Source of the DNA: Macrostomum lignano
Lineage: Eukaryota
Direction: 5' to 3'
Length of the DNA: 64,000 nucleotides
Assembly: GCA_002269645.1 (NCBI GenBank)
Contig: NIVC01001450.1
Coordinates: forward strand, 186,001 to 250,000
The position numbers were made by a program, and so were the translations under genes. Position 1 is the first letter of the stretch, and every line of letters starts with the position of its first letter. The notes beneath the pieces are model-generated. The model did not search any database. It was not told the DNA's origin and saw nothing but the letters and a program-made list of their open reading frames with translations. Of the stretch, positions 60,713 through 64,000 are shown piece after piece.

Positions 60713-63700
60713 ATGTCCGTTTGGGCCAGCAGTTGGCTTTGCGGAGTGCCTCTGCTGCTGCTCGGCTGCTTCTGCTGCCTGCGGTGGGCCACCGGCTCTG
60801 CCGCAGATCCCGGCGGTTCCGGGTCGGTTGGTGAGTTCGGAGCTTACCATGATTGCTGGGCTGGTGATGGAAGGTGTGATCTGATCTACTGACTATACTC
60901 GTACAGGAGTCACAATGTCCACTTCATGCAAATTTTTGCGTACAAGCTATTGTAGATGCTAGAGTGCCATTATCGACGGTATTATCGATGCTAGAGTGCC
61001 ATTGTTGACGTTATTATCGATGAAAGAGTGCCATTATTGACGTTATTATCGATGAAAGAGTGCCATTATCGACGTTATTATCGATGCTAGAGTGCTATTA
61101 TCGATGTTATTATCGATGCAAGAGTGCCATTATCGACGCTATTGTTGATGCAAGAGTGCCATTATCGACGCTATTGTTGATGCAAGAGTGCCATTATCGA
61201 TGTTATTTTAGATGCTAGAGTGCCATTATCGACGCTATTGTTGATGCAAGAGTGCCATTATCAACGTTATTGTTGATGCAAGAGTGCCATTATCGACGCT
61301 ACAGAGCTATTATCGACGCCGGAGAGCCATAATACATGTAGATGCTGGAGAGCCATTATCGACGCTATTGTTGATGCAAGAGTGCCATTATCGATGTTAT
61401 TTTAGATGCTAGAGTGCCATTATCGACGCTATTGTTGATGCAAGAGTGCCATTATCAACGTTATTGTTGATGCAAGAGTGCCATTATCGACGCCGGAGAG
61501 CCATAATACATGTAGATGCTGGAGAGCCATTATCGGCGCTAGAGTGTTAATTTAGGCAGAGAAGGTACCAGGCCAGATGCTAGTAAATTAGCGAAGGTAC
61601 TTACTTTGAGGTCCGATCCAGGTGCTATGGCGCTATTTCCTAGGAGACAATCTAGGAGGGAAAGCAAAATGTTTTGCAGACATCTCGATATCTTTGACAA
61701 TCCCGATGCTCAACAGCCAGCCGCTACTTCACCTCGGCGAGCTCAGCACCGGCTCCGATATCTTCCCCAATGTCTGTCAGCCCGGCCCGCAGCGACATCG
61801 AGTGCGCCGGAATCTGCGCTTCGAAACTCGGCTGTCGGCACTTCCGGTTCGCAGTCGAGAGCCTGAGCTGCGCCCTTTACGACGCAGGCAGCGGGGGCGC
61901 CGGAGGGACTTCCGAAGTGGCGGCTTTTGAAGCCGACGGTGAGAAGCAAATCTCAGTGCGACACTTATCCAAGGACTACTAAAGTAGAAGGACGCGACAC
62001 TCGCAATCAATAGAAAATGTTTTGAAGGCCACCTTTCGCCGAAAAATGCACTACGGAGATAGGAAAGCTTCATTTTTTCAGCACAAAAATATTTATTCCG
62101 TTAGATAGAAGGCCGACCCAATGCTCATCATTTAATATGCTCTGCCTTTCTTACAGCTCTATAATTGATATTACGGCAATAGATCTTTGATATCAATAGA
62201 GCTATAAGAAAGGTACAGCATATCAAATTATGAACACTGGGTCTGCCTTCTATCGAACGCAATAACAAATGACATTTTCCATAGACTGCGAGTGTCGCGT
62301 CCTGTATATACATGCTTTAGTTGTCCTTGCACTTATCACTGGGATCCCAGTTGCTACAATAAAGCCAGAGCCACAGCTTTGACAATGCTCAAAGTGCGAC
62401 CCTAAGTGCTCGTAATTGTGGGACCTTGACTAAAGTTGATGTCAAATCGACACCCTGGAGTGAAAGCCAAAACGGTAGCTTAAAACGCTTCAACCTTGAT
62501 AAGATGTCATTTGAGGACTGCTTGAGGTCGAGACTTAGGGCCAAAAGGTACAAGACGTTTTGGGCATTCAAATTCCCGATTCTAATCGAGAATGTTGGGG
62601 GTCACTGAGAATTCAACCCGCGCGATTACCCCACAGCAACCAACTGCCCCTACATGGCAACACTCGGCGATCGCAGCTTCTGCACCTTCCAAGAGCGAAA
62701 CAGCGCCTCTGTGAGCTTCGAGAGAACCTGGACAGAGTACGAGGCCGGCTTTGGAGACGGCAGCAACTTCTGGATCGGCGAGTGGCGAAGCTTTTGTCTA
62801 CTTATGTATCAGTAGTATTGTAGGATTTTGGTAACTTTTATTAAAGCCCTTTGTTGTCTAGTGGTTAGGAGGGTTATAGCCTAGAGACTAGAGCGTCGGA
62901 CTCACGAATTCAAGGTCGGGGGTTCGATTCCCGATCCCTCAGGAACAATATGTGTCCTTAAGCAAGACACTTAACTCTGCATTGCTTCAGTTCACCCAGC
63001 TGTGAAATGGGTGCCAGCATTAGCTTGGGTAATTGAAGGTGTGTGTGGCGACCCCCCAGTCCTTGGACTGAACAGCCGTACGCAGCCTTCAGATGCGAAA
63101 TAGCTGCGGCTGAGCTGTCGGTTGCACATCTGGCATGATTGGGGCAGGTGTAATCAATTATTATTATCAGTAGTAGTATTATTAAGACCTTAGATATTTA
63201 GTATATTGTGATAAAGACCCTTGACTTTTATATCCTAAATGTCATTGCCGAAGGCTCACCCATTCCGTATCAACTTTCCGTATCAAAAATTTGACATTCA
63301 GTCGTACCCGTGTCAATCAGGCCTCCAGCGCATTCACGAGCTCACAGCCTCCACGCCGAGAACCCTCCGGATCCGTTTTCTGCTGTACAACAACTCCGAG
63401 TACTTCAACGAGTACAGCAGCTTCACGGTGGGCAATTCGACAACAAAGTACCAGATGAACTATGCCGCGTTTCTGTCCAACCAGTCAAACTTGGCGAGCG
63501 ACTGCCTGGCGGTGCACAATGGAATGAAGTTCTCCACCAAGGACCAGGACAATGACGCTGCGCAGGCAGACTTCTGCGCAGTCGCATACGGAAATGCGGG
63601 CTTCTGGTTCAACTACTGCCTCACGTGCAACCCGAACGGTTGGTACGCGCCCAGCGGAGACGTCTACAGCCCCAAGTACGCCTACTGGAAATGCGTCGAG

Positions 63701-63748
63701 AATAACTACACTGCGGTTCGCTCCATCAGCATGATGCTGCAAGTCTGA
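60713..63748 (+). CDS. Secreted PAN/apple-like plus fibrinogen-related domain protein, ~302 aa, 4 exons
   Basis: Exons 60713-60830, 61717-61938, 62637-62777, 63321-63748, all phase 1; third intron GC-AG. Signal peptide MSVWASSWLCGVPLLLLGCFCCLRWATGSA; ECAGICASKLGCRHFRF..CALY; FReD motifs FQER..VSFERTWTEYEAGFG..NFWIGLQRIH, NGMKFSTKDQDND, GFWFNYCLTCNPNG. Confidence 0.85.
60950..61545. repeat. ~32-bp degenerate minisatellite (AGAGTGCCATTATCGACGTTATTATCGATGCA) in intron 1 of the PAN-FReD gene
   Basis: Tandem variant copies. Confidence 0.9.
61970..62329. mobile_element. P-like CAAGG MITE, shorter family member, in intron 2 of the PAN-FReD gene
   Basis: TIRs CAAGGACTACTAAAG..GGACGCGACACTCGCA / TGCGAGTGTCGCGTCC..TTAGTTGTCCTTG; perfect 8-bp TSD CACTTATC. 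Confidence 0.85.
62868..63185 (+). mobile_element. tRNA-derived SINE, family A, full length, in the GC-AG intron
   Basis: B box GGTTCGATTCCC, CORE-like segment, (TTA)n tail. Confidence 0.88.
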
Positions 63749-64000
63749 AGTCTGCAAGGCTGAATTCGACAAGTCAGCCAGAGATTGAAGAGATGAAAGA
63801 GTACTGCATGGGGATCGAAAATTTTCATGCACACTTGAGAATATTGTTTTGTAGCTATTTGTTTAAATCGGTAGGTTTATATATGGAGCTTTATTTAGTT
63901 CTGTAGGTGGTCAATTATTGTTTTATTAGCCATGATGCTTCAGGATACACAGAGTTAAACTTTTTCTGGAATATATTTATTCAAACGAAGGTTTCAATAA

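Overview
Intron-rich animal genomic DNA, with GC-rich exons separated by AT-rich, minisatellite-filled introns. The repeat landscape resembles that of a free-living flatworm such as Macrostomum; this is an inference, not verified. I reconstructed seven multi-exon genes by hand from splice sites and reading-frame phase: RMND5/Gid2 (-) head-to-head with PRDM10 (+), with a CCAAT-rich palindrome between them; a PhyH-type 2OG-Fe(II) dioxygenase; a secreted fibrinogen-related protein (FReD) with an unrecognised N-terminal domain; carboxypeptidase Q (-); a ~1026-aa ankyrin-repeat plus Mab-21/cGAS-like nucleotidyltransferase fusion; and a secreted PAN/apple-like plus FReD protein. The ORF track shows the ankyrin and Mab-21 parts as separate ORFs, but phase-matched introns join them. 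This candidate ANK-cGLR innate sensor, with intact catalytic motifs and a FReD gene on either side, is the most interesting item. Mobile DNA comprises a truncated, frameshifted piggyBac; a Penelope-like GIY-YIG relic with inverted termini carrying a decayed hammerhead motif; three hAT-type MITEs with 8-bp TSDs; a P-like long-TIR MITE family (one copy nested in a hAT MITE); two tRNA-derived SINE families (one with a CORE-like domain); and a 2.2-kb cassette bounded by 30-bp direct repeats. Most long ORFs in the track are translations of tandem repeats.
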